Shown one piece after another: positions 9,360 to 19,309 of a stretch of DNA of 64,000 nucleotides; within the stretch, counting starts at the first letter, position 1, and the number at the start of each line of letters is the position of its first letter. This DNA is from an uncultured Arcobacteraceae bacterium. Its GTDB lineage: Bacteria > Campylobacterota > Campylobacteria > Campylobacterales > Arcobacteraceae. The position numbers and the translations under genes were made by a program. The stretch is from assembly GCA_964022095.1 (NCBI GenBank), contig CAXHZO010000006.1, positions 39,485 to 103,484 on the forward strand, read 5' to 3'. A model generated the notes under the pieces. It ran no database searches and had not been told where the DNA came from. It saw only the letters and a program-made list of their open reading frames with translations.

Positions 9360-10084
9360 TTAGACTATTTTTAGGTTCTTTACTATTTATTTCAAGTTTA
9401 TTTGCTCTAGATACAACTTTAGATTTAACAAATTTTGAAGATAGACAAGCTGTAATTCAAGAAGTAAAAAAAATAGTTCTAAAAGAGGAGCAAGTTGCAA
9501 AATCATATGAAGAGTATATTTTAGAAAACTATAACACTCCAAGTATGCTAAATCTTTTAGATTCTAATTATTTAGGAACATCTTTTTTAACACAAATTGA
9601 TACAAACTATTTTAATAATATATCTATAAGTTCAACTTCAACACTAAGTTATGCTTTAAAAACACAATTTAAAAGTGATGCATATATAAAAAGTCTGTAT
9701 GAAAGTAATACTTTTAGAAAAAGAACATTTTATTCTAATAATAAAATAAGTTTTATTTTAAAAGATGATTTTGCTAAGCACTTAGTATATTTGATTCTAA
9801 ATCAAACAACTGGCTTTGCAGGTATTGTTGATTGTACAACAATTGGGAGTAAATACTGCAAAAAAGGCGAAGATATTTATATTTATGATGATAAAGATAG
9901 AACAAATAAATTAATGTATTACTACAAAGGCAACTTTAAAACAGGTCCTATCATTATAACTTCAGATAAAACTTTACAAACAACAAATGAAGAGTTCGAT
10001 TTTTTACCAAAAGGTGCAATTCTTTATGATGAACTTGGACTTAAGTATGTAAAAACATCAACTGGAATTGAGGATATACAATGA
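9356..10084 (+). CDS. secreted protein with pilin-head-like domain (paralog 1 of 4)
   Basis: Sec signal ending LFA. Shared motifs KEEQVAKSYEEYILEN...NYLG and LYESNTFRKRT. ATGA overlap with the previous gene. Confidence 0.65.
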   Translation: MIRLFLGSLLFISSLFALDTTLDLTNFEDRQAVIQEVKKIVLKEEQVAKSYEEYILENYNTPSMLNLLDSNYLGTSFLTQIDTNYFNNISISSTSTLSYALKTQFKSDAYIKSLYESNTFRKRTFYSNNKISFILKDDFAKHLVYLILNQTTGFAGIVDCTTIGSKYCKKGEDIYIYDDKDRTNKLMYYYKGNFKTGPIIITSDKTLQTTNEEFDFLPKGAILYDELGLKYVKTSTGIEDIQ

Positions 10085-10806
10085 AAATACTCATAGTACT
10101 TTTTTTATTTTCATCAATACTTTTTGCACAGCAGTCACAAATTATAAGACAGCAAAATGTTTTATTTATTCAAAAAATAATTGAAAGTGAAGAAAAAATA
10201 GCAAGAAATTTTGAGAAGTATCTTCTTGAAAACTTCACTATTCCAACAATGGCAGAATTAAAAGTAAATGAATATTTAGGTGAAAATTTCTCTTTAGATA
10301 ACAGATTTGGAAGCGATCTAGCTTTTAAAAATAGTTTAAATCTTCAATTAACTTATGCAATAACAAGTGAAAAAGATGCAAATGATTATAAAAACCTTTT
10401 ATATAATAGAGATTTATATAGAGAAAATACAGTTGTATATTTAGAAAAAAACAGTTCAAATGAAATTAATTATACAAACTCATACACTGAAATTTTACTT
10501 CAAAGCAATGAAGCTAAAACTATTTTAGAAATTTTAAAAAGTGGAAATTCTATAGAATCAAGTTGCACAGATACGCTAATAAATAAATACTGTAATCAAA
10601 ATCAAAGTGCTATAAGATGGTACAATAGTAGTTCACAATGGATTGAATACAACAAAGAAGGATTTGATAAAGCAAGTGTTACAATCTCTACTACTAGTTT
10701 ATTATTAGATAGTAGATTAAGTGTATTACCAATTGGTACGTATATTTATTTAAATAATGGCTCACAATATGTGAAATTAAAAGATAGTATTTTAAAGGTG
10801 GATTAA
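10081..10806 (+). CDS. secreted protein with pilin-head-like domain (paralog 2 of 4)
   Basis: Sec signal ending LFA. SEEKIARNFEKYLLEN...EYLGENFSLDNRFG and LYNRDLYRENT. Confidence 0.65.
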   Translation: MKILIVLFLFSSILFAQQSQIIRQQNVLFIQKIIESEEKIARNFEKYLLENFTIPTMAELKVNEYLGENFSLDNRFGSDLAFKNSLNLQLTYAITSEKDANDYKNLLYNRDLYRENTVVYLEKNSSNEINYTNSYTEILLQSNEAKTILEILKSGNSIESSCTDTLINKYCNQNQSAIRWYNSSSQWIEYNKEGFDKASVTISTTSLLLDSRLSVLPIGTYIYLNNGSQYVKLKDSILKVD

Positions 10807-13692
10807 ATCAAAAAGTTAATTTTTTTAATATCAGTTTTCTTCTTTAATATTGTTCTAGCAAACTCTCAAAATGTAGCGATGATGAATAGCATAAAAAGTG
10901 TTATTCAAAAAGAAGAGTTTATTGCCATTGCTTTAAATAAGTATATTATTCAAAATCTTGAAATACCAAAAAAAGAAAATATTGTTACAAGTAAATATGA
11001 ATTAGACTGGGATAAGATGTTAGTTGATGAATATTTAGGAACTAACTTTAATAAGTACAATCCTATTTTAAAAAGTGATATATCAATTGAGTTTGATAGT
11101 AATAATAATGCATTTATTAAAGGTGCAGTATCACAAGATAGCCAATATAATGAGAAGTACAACTATTTATATAATTTTTATATAAATAAAATATTTAGAG
11201 TAAATACAATTGCACCGGTTGATAATACTAAAGAAAACTTACTTAAAGGCTCTGAAGTTATCTATTCAGATTTTCAACAAGAGATTATAAACTTACTAAA
11301 TGCAAATAAAACAGTTCTTTATCCAAGTCAAAATTGTACAGCTGGAGAATATTTTTATGAAGTTAATGATAATAAGTTGATTTATAAATATTGTAAATCA
11401 TCATCTAGTAAAATACAAGTATATCAAGAAGCTCCGGTATATGTTGAAGATGAAGCAGATTTAAATTATATAAAAACAAAAATTGGTTCAAAAGGTTATG
11501 TAAAGAAAAATGGATTTTGGTATGAATATTATTATCAAGCTGATACAGCTACTCCATGGTTACCAACAGGAAGTGGAACTGTCTTAACTCAAAACTCAGA
11601 AGACACAACTATTGAAGATAGAGTTTTATCATATATTCCTGATTCAAAAGCAATAACAATAAAAGAAGCAGGTGGCTGCATGCTAGCAAATGGTGATATT
11701 TTTTGTTGGGGAGATAATAGTTATAAAAGAGCAGGTATAGAAAACTATGGACAAATAGATACATCACTAAGTCCTGATTATATAAATACACCTGTAATGT
11801 TAAAAGTTCAGATAAATGATACCCAAAGAGCAAATAAAAAATGGTATAACAATCCATATAGAATCAAATTTGAATCAATGTTTATGAATGGTAAAAATGT
11901 ATGTGGTACCTCTCCTATTTATGATATTATTGGTACAAATGAAAAGTATGGTGGTGATTTATACTGTAATGGTAGTGTAGATGCACTATATTATGAAAAT
12001 AATACGGGTTCAATCCAAACATCAATTTTAAGTAAGAATAGATATTTTGGTTGGGGTAAAGATGACTTTGAAGATAATGATCCAATACAGATAAAAGATG
12101 AAGAAGATGGTGGCCCAGATTCAAATGATAAGTTTATAAGAGATGAAATATATCTAAAAGATGTAGCTATGACTTCAGACACAATTGCTGTTTTATCTGA
12201 TGATGGTAAAATTTATACTTTAGGTAGAAATTATAATGGTACTTTGGGTCTTGGAAGTGATGATAAATTTATAAATAATTATGAACCAAAACAAGTTGAT
12301 GTAAATTCTGACGTATTTTTTGATCAGATTTTTGTACTAAGAGATATTGATACTTTTGGGGCAATTGATAATAATAAAAACTTTTGGATTTGGGGTGAAA
12401 GGGAAGATGGTTACTTAAATAAACCAACAAGATTAAATGATAGTGGTTTGCAATTTGATCCTGATAAAATTTTTGTAAATAGTAAAGAGTTTTTATTGCA
12501 AAGTTTATCTTCAAAAGTTTTTTATAGAACAGATGCTCAAAAAGATATAGTATCAATAAGTTCAAGTAATATTGCACAAACAGCAATTAGTGCCACATTA
12601 ATTGAAGAAAATGGTACTTGGAAATATTTATATGTAGATGAAGATTTAGATTTAAAAGGTTCATCATCACTTTTAGCATGTGGAAGTAACACTGATACTT
12701 CATGCAGCACTATAGAAAGTAGTTTATTTACTTTTGCACTAGATACATTAAATACTGATTCAAATTTTTTAAATGTATCAACATATAAACTTGATGCTAC
12801 AGTAGATGAAAGGTCTGAAGATTTTGAAGGATCAAGTACTAATGACTGGAAGGTAAATACATATAGTGATGATGCTTTTTCTACTTTAATTTCAAATGAT
12901 AATCCAACTTTATATAATCCAACTGAAAGTAGTTCTTCTGATGAAAAAGTAAGAGTTGATCCCACACAAATCTTAGGAAGATTTCAAATTGGAAATCAAT
13001 CAGTTGATAAAGTATATGATTTTGGAATTTCAAATGCAAATAGAAATATTGTTTTTGAATTTGATTTTTATGAAATAGATTCTTGGGATATGGAAAGGTT
13101 TAATGTAATACTAAATGGTGAAGTATATACAGATGATGGATTCATTCATGATGATCACCCTGACTTTGCAGATGGTAATGATACAGGTATTTATACTTTA
13201 AATTTAGGATCAATGTATGGAAGTAGTGAAGCGGCATCTAAAAATAATGATGAAAAATACCACTATAAGATAAAAGCTAAACTTGATAGTTTAGGTAAGC
13301 TAGATGTAAAACTAAGAGTTAGAAACTTGCAAAAAGGTGAATATGGCTATAACAAGTGGGCTTATGGTCAAACTTTAGGTGATGAGTCTTGGGGAATTGA
13401 TAATATTAATATAAAAATTAAAGAGATAAATAAACATTTTACCTGTGCTGTAACTGGATTAAATACAGATTCTCAGATGTATTGTTGGGGTGTTGTGGGA
13501 CGAAGTATACCTATTTTAAGTACTTCATTATATAATATGGGTAAAATAAGTAGTTTAAATAAATTATTTATTTCAACTAAAGAAGATGAAAGTAAACAAA
13601 TGTCTTTTGATCGTTATGATATAAATGGAAGTTTGTTTTTAAAGTTCCCTACATACATAGGTGGATTTGACTATCCGTTTTATTTTAAATAA
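10807..13692 (+). CDS. large secreted adhesin-like protein: pilin-head-like domain, RCC1-like repeats and an inserted beta-sandwich (paralog 3 of 4)
   Basis: Frame is open from ATC 10807 and encodes IKKLIFLISVFFFNIVLA (signal peptide); first ATG is at 10879. RCC1-like motifs GDIFCWGDN, GKIYTLGRNYNGTLG, QMYCWG. Confidence 0.7.
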   Translation: MKKLIFLISVFFFNIVLANSQNVAMMNSIKSVIQKEEFIAIALNKYIIQNLEIPKKENIVTSKYELDWDKMLVDEYLGTNFNKYNPILKSDISIEFDSNNNAFIKGAVSQDSQYNEKYNYLYNFYINKIFRVNTIAPVDNTKENLLKGSEVIYSDFQQEIINLLNANKTVLYPSQNCTAGEYFYEVNDNKLIYKYCKSSSSKIQVYQEAPVYVEDEADLNYIKTKIGSKGYVKKNGFWYEYYYQADTATPWLPTGSGTVLTQNSEDTTIEDRVLSYIPDSKAITIKEAGGCMLANGDIFCWGDNSYKRAGIENYGQIDTSLSPDYINTPVMLKVQINDTQRANKKWYNNPYRIKFESMFMNGKNVCGTSPIYDIIGTNEKYGGDLYCNGSVDALYYENNTGSIQTSILSKNRYFGWGKDDFEDNDPIQIKDEEDGGPDSNDKFIRDEIYLKDVAMTSDTIAVLSDDGKIYTLGRNYNGTLGLGSDDKFINNYEPKQVDVNSDVFFDQIFVLRDIDTFGAIDNNKNFWIWGEREDGYLNKPTRLNDSGLQFDPDKIFVNSKEFLLQSLSSKVFYRTDAQKDIVSISSSNIAQTAISATLIEENGTWKYLYVDEDLDLKGSSSLLACGSNTDTSCSTIESSLFTFALDTLNTDSNFLNVSTYKLDATVDERSEDFEGSSTNDWKVNTYSDDAFSTLISNDNPTLYNPTESSSSDEKVRVDPTQILGRFQIGNQSVDKVYDFGISNANRNIVFEFDFYEIDSWDMERFNVILNGEVYTDDGFIHDDHPDFADGNDTGIYTLNLGSMYGSSEAASKNNDEKYHYKIKAKLDSLGKLDVKLRVRNLQKGEYGYNKWAYGQTLGDESWGIDNINIKIKEINKHFTCAVTGLNTDSQMYCWGVVGRSIPILSTSLYNMGKISSLNKLFISTKEDESKQMSFDRYDINGSLFLKFPTYIGGFDYPFYFK

Positions 13693-13700
13693 GGAAAAAT

Positions 13701-15353
13701 ATGCATAAAGTATTAAACGTCACTCTTGTTATATCTATGGTTATTTCTTTTATAGGATGTAGCCCCAAAAGTTATCATAATGAAATGATTGATAATGCAA
13801 AGAGAAGTTTAGATAAAAAAGATTATGAGAACATTACAGAATCATATACAAAAGGTTTAGTAACTGAAGTTCCAAAACAAAAAGAGTATATATCAATATT
13901 AGAAGATAAATCTTTAGGAGATATTTTAAAAGAAATGGAACTTCTAGATAATAACTTTTATTTTCTAAAAAGTAGTGATATTCTTATTCCCAAAAGTAGA
14001 ATCAAAATTCATAGTATGAATGAATTAAATCAGTATTTAAATGCTGTTTTAGATAAAGAGCTATTTATTAAAAAAAGTGGGTCAATTTATCTTGTAAAGC
14101 TTTTAAATGTAAGTGAAACAAAAAAACTTTCTCTTGATAGAATTCCTTTTAAATTAGATGGTCAAATTTCAGTTGAAGAATTAATTAAATTAATAACTTC
14201 AGAATCTGGATATGAAGTATCAATTGGAAATTATATAAAAGATAGATTTGGTTTTCAAAATAGTATTGTAAATATTAGATCAAACAGTTTAAAAGATGCA
14301 TTGAACTCTTTAGCCTATGCAAAAAATGTTTATGTTGATGTTAATTATGACCAAGAGATGATAAATATTAGTAGATATAAAGATATGGTTGTTGAGTTAA
14401 ATATTCCACTACTAGATATAAAATCAACAAATGAAACATCAAGTCAAGAAACATCAGGTGAGAGTAGTATTAAAAATAGTTCACAAATTGTTTTATATGA
14501 TGAGCTAGATAAAATGTTAAAAAATATTATATCGACAGATATAATTTCTACTTATCATATTGATAAAGCTAGTGGATTAATATTCTTAAAATCAACAAGA
14601 AGTGTTGAAAATGCAGTTAGAACTGTAGTAAAAGCATATGAAGCAAGTTTTGCAAAAGAAGCAACTATAGAGTTTGAAAGAATAGAGCTTGCTTTAAATA
14701 AAAGTAGAAAATATGGAATTGCTTCAATTACTGATAATAGACAAGGAAATACTGATTCTGGAGTATTAAAATCTCTTACAAGTGAAGGGGCAATTAGTTT
14801 TGCAAGTGATAATGCAACTAGACTTCTTCAAGTAGCTGCAACTGCAAATAATGATATCGGTAAGGTTTTAAATTACAGTAAAAATGTTATTGTATTAAAA
14901 AATAATATTCCATCTGTTCAATCAATTAGTCAAAATACTGATTATATAGAAAAAATAGAAACAACAGTGACAGAAGGTGTTAGTACATCAGAAGCTACTG
15001 TTAACACTATAAAAGATGGAACTTCTGTAACTGCTATGGCAAAAATTTCTAGAGATAAGATTTTTTTAAATCTTACTCCAACAATTAAAAGATTAATTAG
15101 TATCTCTGAAGCAAAAGTTGGAGATTCAACAATTCAACTTCCAGAGTATAATGACCAAAGTTATAACATTTCAAGAGAAGTTAAACTTGGTGAAACATCT
15201 ATTGTAGGTTCTATTATTATACATGATGATGCAAAAGAGTATCAAGGTATTTTACCTTTAGAAGGTTTTGCGGTTGGTGGAACAGATTCTAAATCATATG
15301 TAAGAAGAGAGATTATTTATATAGTTACATTAAAGAATATTAAAGGCTTTTAA
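13701..15353 (+). CDS. lipoprotein secretin (BfpB/PilN/MshL-like)
   Basis: Lipobox FIGC. C-terminal secretin-like pattern IFLNLTPTI...IQLPE...EVKLGETSIVGS...RREIIYIVT. Confidence 0.75.
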   Translation: MHKVLNVTLVISMVISFIGCSPKSYHNEMIDNAKRSLDKKDYENITESYTKGLVTEVPKQKEYISILEDKSLGDILKEMELLDNNFYFLKSSDILIPKSRIKIHSMNELNQYLNAVLDKELFIKKSGSIYLVKLLNVSETKKLSLDRIPFKLDGQISVEELIKLITSESGYEVSIGNYIKDRFGFQNSIVNIRSNSLKDALNSLAYAKNVYVDVNYDQEMINISRYKDMVVELNIPLLDIKSTNETSSQETSGESSIKNSSQIVLYDELDKMLKNIISTDIISTYHIDKASGLIFLKSTRSVENAVRTVVKAYEASFAKEATIEFERIELALNKSRKYGIASITDNRQGNTDSGVLKSLTSEGAISFASDNATRLLQVAATANNDIGKVLNYSKNVIVLKNNIPSVQSISQNTDYIEKIETTVTEGVSTSEATVNTIKDGTSVTAMAKISRDKIFLNLTPTIKRLISISEAKVGDSTIQLPEYNDQSYNISREVKLGETSIVGSIIIHDDAKEYQGILPLEGFAVGGTDSKSYVRREIIYIVTLKNIKGF

Positions 15354-15355
15354 TA

Positions 15356-16372
15356 ATGAGTATGTTCTCTGATCCCTATGAGTCTTTTTTATTAGATTAT
15401 TTAATCACAAAATTAGAAAATGGTTCTAATACAAGAAGAGCTTTAATTTTATATGGTGAGCAAATAACAAAAGAAACAAAATTTAAACAAAGACTAAAAG
15501 GTGCAATCAGAGATATGGAGATTGGTAAGCACTCCCTTGAAGCAATCTTACATAAGCATAAATTTTTAAATGCATTTCAATATAGTTTAGTTGTTAATAG
15601 TACTAGTACTATTGATGGACTAAAACTAGTTCAATCTTTTAAAAAAGCTAACTCAAATTTATTAGCAAAAATGATCAATCCAATATTTGTTCCTCTTGGA
15701 ATTATAATTGGTACTTTTTATGGATTAATTTTATATTTAGGGATGTTAGAAAAAGAGGTGATTTCTTTAAAAAAATTAAACCCAGATGTTGAACAGTTTT
15801 TAGGAATACCTGGATACTTTACATATAATGTTGCTTATATTGGCTTAGGTTTATCCATATTTGTTACTGCGTTTATATTTTTTGGATATATATATTGTGA
15901 GAAGTATAGACCAGCATGGCTTTATGGGGTCTTTAAAACACAAGCTTTTTCAGATGGAAGATTTATGTTTAGAATCTTAAATGGTATGTTAAGTGCTGGT
16001 ATTTCATTTCATAAAACATCATTGATATTATCAAAAGATTATTTTAAAGTTGGATTAAGACCTTTTTTCCATGAACTATCAGATATTATTAGTAGAAATA
16101 AAAAGCTATTTCTAGTGTTTGAAAAATATAATTTTCCCACAATTATTACTGCTGATATTAAGCTTTCAGAATTAAGTAAAACTAGTTTTGCTGAAGTAAC
16201 AAAGGCTTTATATGAGACTTGTGATACAATGTATGAAAAAAATATCAATTATATGGTGTTACAGTGGAAGTTTTTCTTTTGGTTAATTGCTATGTTAATA
16301 ACAGTAATTATTGGTTCTGATGTGATTAATCTTGTGATTAGTACATTTACATTTAAAACTTTATATCAGTAG
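15356..16372 (+). CDS. PilC/GspF-like inner membrane platform protein
   Basis: Two cytoplasmic lobes (KLENGSNTRRAL; GMLSAGISFHKT) and three TM segments; lies between secretin and ATPase. Confidence 0.7.
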   Translation: MSMFSDPYESFLLDYLITKLENGSNTRRALILYGEQITKETKFKQRLKGAIRDMEIGKHSLEAILHKHKFLNAFQYSLVVNSTSTIDGLKLVQSFKKANSNLLAKMINPIFVPLGIIIGTFYGLILYLGMLEKEVISLKKLNPDVEQFLGIPGYFTYNVAYIGLGLSIFVTAFIFFGYIYCEKYRPAWLYGVFKTQAFSDGRFMFRILNGMLSAGISFHKTSLILSKDYFKVGLRPFFHELSDIISRNKKLFLVFEKYNFPTIITADIKLSELSKTSFAEVTKALYETCDTMYEKNINYMVLQWKFFFWLIAMLITVIIGSDVINLVISTFTFKTLYQ

Positions 16373-16387
16373 GCAGAAAAAGTATAT

Positions 16388-18076
16388 ATGTTAACAGATT
16401 TTTTTAAAAATAAAACATCTTTAAAATTGTTAAAAAAATTAAAAGGTAATAAAAAAACAATATCTCCTAAAAAAACTTTTAATACAAAAACATTAACACA
16501 AGTTTTTAATGAACAAAAAGAATCACTTCTTAATGTTTTCAAATCAAAAGAAGATGCAGATGCAGATCTTGGGGTATTAATTGAAGATGTAATTAAAAAT
16601 AAATTTGAACTTTCAGGTGGTTATGGAGATTTAATTGCTAATGAAGATAAGTATGAGGATTTTGTTAGAAGTTTAGGTTACGAATACTATGCAACATATA
16701 ATGAACTATCAAAATATTATCAAGATACATCCTTTCAATTAGATGAAAAGAAACTTGAGTTTTGTACAACTATGTATATTATTACTTTAGAAGATAAAAA
16801 AACTAAAAATAAGATCTTAGGTATAAGAGATGTTGTTAACTTAGACTTTGATGTATTAAGTAAGTTTTATTTTACAAAGATTGTTGTTTTAGGTGAGGGC
16901 GTATTATCTTCAGTATTTGGTGAAGATAGAGAGATTATTTTTGGCTCAAATGCTGATACAGATAATGATGATGAAATCAATAAGTATTTTGATAAGATGA
17001 TGGGGCAAGCTATTTTATTAGGAGCTTCAGATATTCACATCCAAAAAACAAATAGATATGCAACATTGTGGTTTAGAATTGATGGTGTAAAAGTTGATAT
17101 GGGTACTATGCCTATTGCAATTGCAAAAACATTAAAAAGAAGACTTGTAACTATGGCAGACCAAGAAGATTCAGATTATGAATCAATTAATGGTGTGATT
17201 AATTATGAGTATGGTAAAAAAACTATTAAGTTCAGACTTGGTTTGATTAACTCAAAACTAAACTTCTCTTTAGTTATGAGGATGATCGGTGGAAAAGGTG
17301 TTGTTTCTCATAAACTAGAGGGATTAAACTATCCAAAAGAGTCAGTTGATATTCTAAAAAACCTTACAAGATATGCCAATGGTATGATTCTTATTACGGG
17401 TCAAGTTGGTTCTGGTAAAACACACTTAATGTACGCACTTTTAAAACAATTAGCACAACAACAACAGTATGTAGTAACAATTGAAGATCCAGTTGAGTAT
17501 GTGGATGATGCCTTCTTCCAAATTGATCTTTCAGAGTTTGCAAGTGCAAGTGATGAGTTTAAGTATGGTTACCCAGAAGCAGTTGTTGATATCTTAAGAC
17601 AAGATTCAAATATCATCCTAATTGGGGAAACAAGAGAACCTCAAACTGCATCACAACTTGTAAATGCATCAAACTTAGGTCAGTTAGTATTTTCTACTAT
17701 GCATACCAACTCAGCTCCTGCAACAGTATCTAGAATGACAAGTTCACTTGGAATAAATGAAGGTGATATTGTCGATAACTTAAGAGGTATTGTATCTCAA
17801 AGACTTGTAAGAAAACTGTGTGGCTACTGTAAAGTAGAAGATGAAGAAGGTGGTTATAAAAAAGTTGGATGTGATGAGTGTAATGATTCAGGATTTAAAG
17901 ATAGGGTTCCTATTGCAGAAGTTGTAAGATTTAAAATTGGTCATGGTGGAGATTTTGAAAACCCTGCTGAGTATATGACAGTTGAGAAAGCATGTATGGC
18001 TCAATATCATGCTGGTCTTATTACAAAAGAAGATGCAATGGCAATTATTAGAGGGGAGGAAGTATGGTACGATTAG
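16388..18076 (+). CDS. PilB/GspE family assembly ATPase
   Basis: GASDIHI, FRIDG, Walker A GQVGSGKT, Asp box TIEDPVEY, Walker B LRQDSNIILIGETR, His box STMHTN, tetracysteine CGYC...CDEC. Confidence 0.95.
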   Translation: MLTDFFKNKTSLKLLKKLKGNKKTISPKKTFNTKTLTQVFNEQKESLLNVFKSKEDADADLGVLIEDVIKNKFELSGGYGDLIANEDKYEDFVRSLGYEYYATYNELSKYYQDTSFQLDEKKLEFCTTMYIITLEDKKTKNKILGIRDVVNLDFDVLSKFYFTKIVVLGEGVLSSVFGEDREIIFGSNADTDNDDEINKYFDKMMGQAILLGASDIHIQKTNRYATLWFRIDGVKVDMGTMPIAIAKTLKRRLVTMADQEDSDYESINGVINYEYGKKTIKFRLGLINSKLNFSLVMRMIGGKGVVSHKLEGLNYPKESVDILKNLTRYANGMILITGQVGSGKTHLMYALLKQLAQQQQYVVTIEDPVEYVDDAFFQIDLSEFASASDEFKYGYPEAVVDILRQDSNIILIGETREPQTASQLVNASNLGQLVFSTMHTNSAPATVSRMTSSLGINEGDIVDNLRGIVSQRLVRKLCGYCKVEDEEGGYKKVGCDECNDSGFKDRVPIAEVVRFKIGHGGDFENPAEYMTVEKACMAQYHAGLITKEDAMAIIRGEEVWYD

Positions 18077-18813
18077 TAATAACTGATTTTGCTACAAAAG
18101 AAGATAATGAATCATTTTATTTAAATGACGAATTTGATTCGCAATCTCAAATCTTTACATACGACTCCTTTAAAAAAAATAGTGTATATCTTTCTAAATA
18201 TGATGTTCACGATGATATATACTCTTTAAATTTGCTATCAAAGAAGCATCTAGATAAAAATCAATTCTTAATTCATATAGCTAATGGCGAGTTTATTATT
18301 TTATTTAATCACAAGACAGTTTATTCTGCAAAAATAAATCAAAACTTTATTACAGATGATATGATTAAATCAATTTTAATTACTAAACATATAGTAATGC
18401 TTTCAAGTGGTGGTTCTATTGATAAGCTATACTATGTAATTAATTCTAGATATAAAAGTGCCATTGAAAATATTTTAAAACAAAACACAAGAAATGAAAA
18501 AGGTCAAATTGTAGCTCAACCCCTTGGTGAAATTAAAGATTTAGTTAAACCTTTAGTTGAATTAGACAGTATGAAAGGCCATGTTTTAAAAAATACCTTT
18601 TCATTAATTTTTGTTGCAGGAATTCTATGGACGATGTTTTATGGATTAGATATTCTTAGTAACAAGTTTTTAGGAAAAGAATCATTAAGCAGTCTTACAC
18701 GAGAGTTAAAAGTTCAAAATAGATTAGTAAAAAGACAAGAAGTTTTATATAACAAAAGTATAAATGAGTATAAAAAACTAACTGAATGTATAACAACAGA
18801 AGGTACAAAATAA
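18064..18813 (+). CDS. bitopic alignment-complex-like protein (GspL/PilM-PilN-like, tentative)
   Basis: Cytoplasmic domain, one TM near residues 178-198, short coiled coil; position after the ATPase. Confidence 0.45.
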   Translation: MVRLVITDFATKEDNESFYLNDEFDSQSQIFTYDSFKKNSVYLSKYDVHDDIYSLNLLSKKHLDKNQFLIHIANGEFIILFNHKTVYSAKINQNFITDDMIKSILITKHIVMLSSGGSIDKLYYVINSRYKSAIENILKQNTRNEKGQIVAQPLGEIKDLVKPLVELDSMKGHVLKNTFSLIFVAGILWTMFYGLDILSNKFLGKESLSSLTRELKVQNRLVKRQEVLYNKSINEYKKLTECITTEGTK

Positions 18814-18814
18814 A

Positions 18815-19309
18815 ATGGTTAGTATCAGTAAAAAAACAGTATCTTTAGTAGTAAAAATAGGTTTTACGGTATTAGTTTTATATACTGTTGGATTTATGTT
18901 TTATAAAATTGGAAGTTACTATAAAACATATTATGAAAAACAAAAACTAATGCAAGAACTGCAAATTAAGAAAAATGAAACAAGTAGTTTAAAAAGACAA
19001 ATAAAAATCAATAAAGCTAGAATAGAAAGTGTTAAAAATAGTTATATATCAAAAGAGGAATTAGGTATAAAAATAAAAGATATTTTTCAAAGAATGTCTG
19101 TATTTGATTATGATTTAAGATATTTAGATGCAAAACAAATGTGTGTAGATAGATATATATTAGTAACTCAATTAACTTACCAAAGTGAAAATGGTAAAAC
19201 TGCAGGTGAAGGTATTTTATCATATATAGGAGAAGTTCAAAAAAGTGATAAAAACGAAAGTTTATATTTTGTAGATTATATAACAAAACCAAAAGGTAAT
19301 AGAAAATGA
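18815..19309 (+). CDS. bitopic coiled-coil protein (PilN/PilO/GspM-like, tentative)
   Basis: N-terminal TM, coiled coil, small alpha/beta C-terminal domain. Confidence 0.45.
   Translation: MVSISKKTVSLVVKIGFTVLVLYTVGFMFYKIGSYYKTYYEKQKLMQELQIKKNETSSLKRQIKINKARIESVKNSYISKEELGIKIKDIFQRMSVFDYDLRYLDAKQMCVDRYILVTQLTYQSENGKTAGEGILSYIGEVQKSDKNESLYFVDYITKPKGNRK

Noticed and set aside
10081-13692. Single fused gene interrupted by a premature TAA, or stop-codon readthrough
   Set aside because: The ORFs are in frame, but a fresh RBS, signal peptide and second copy of the shared N-domain follow the stop. The upstream ORF also matches the 242-aa paralog in length and C-terminus.
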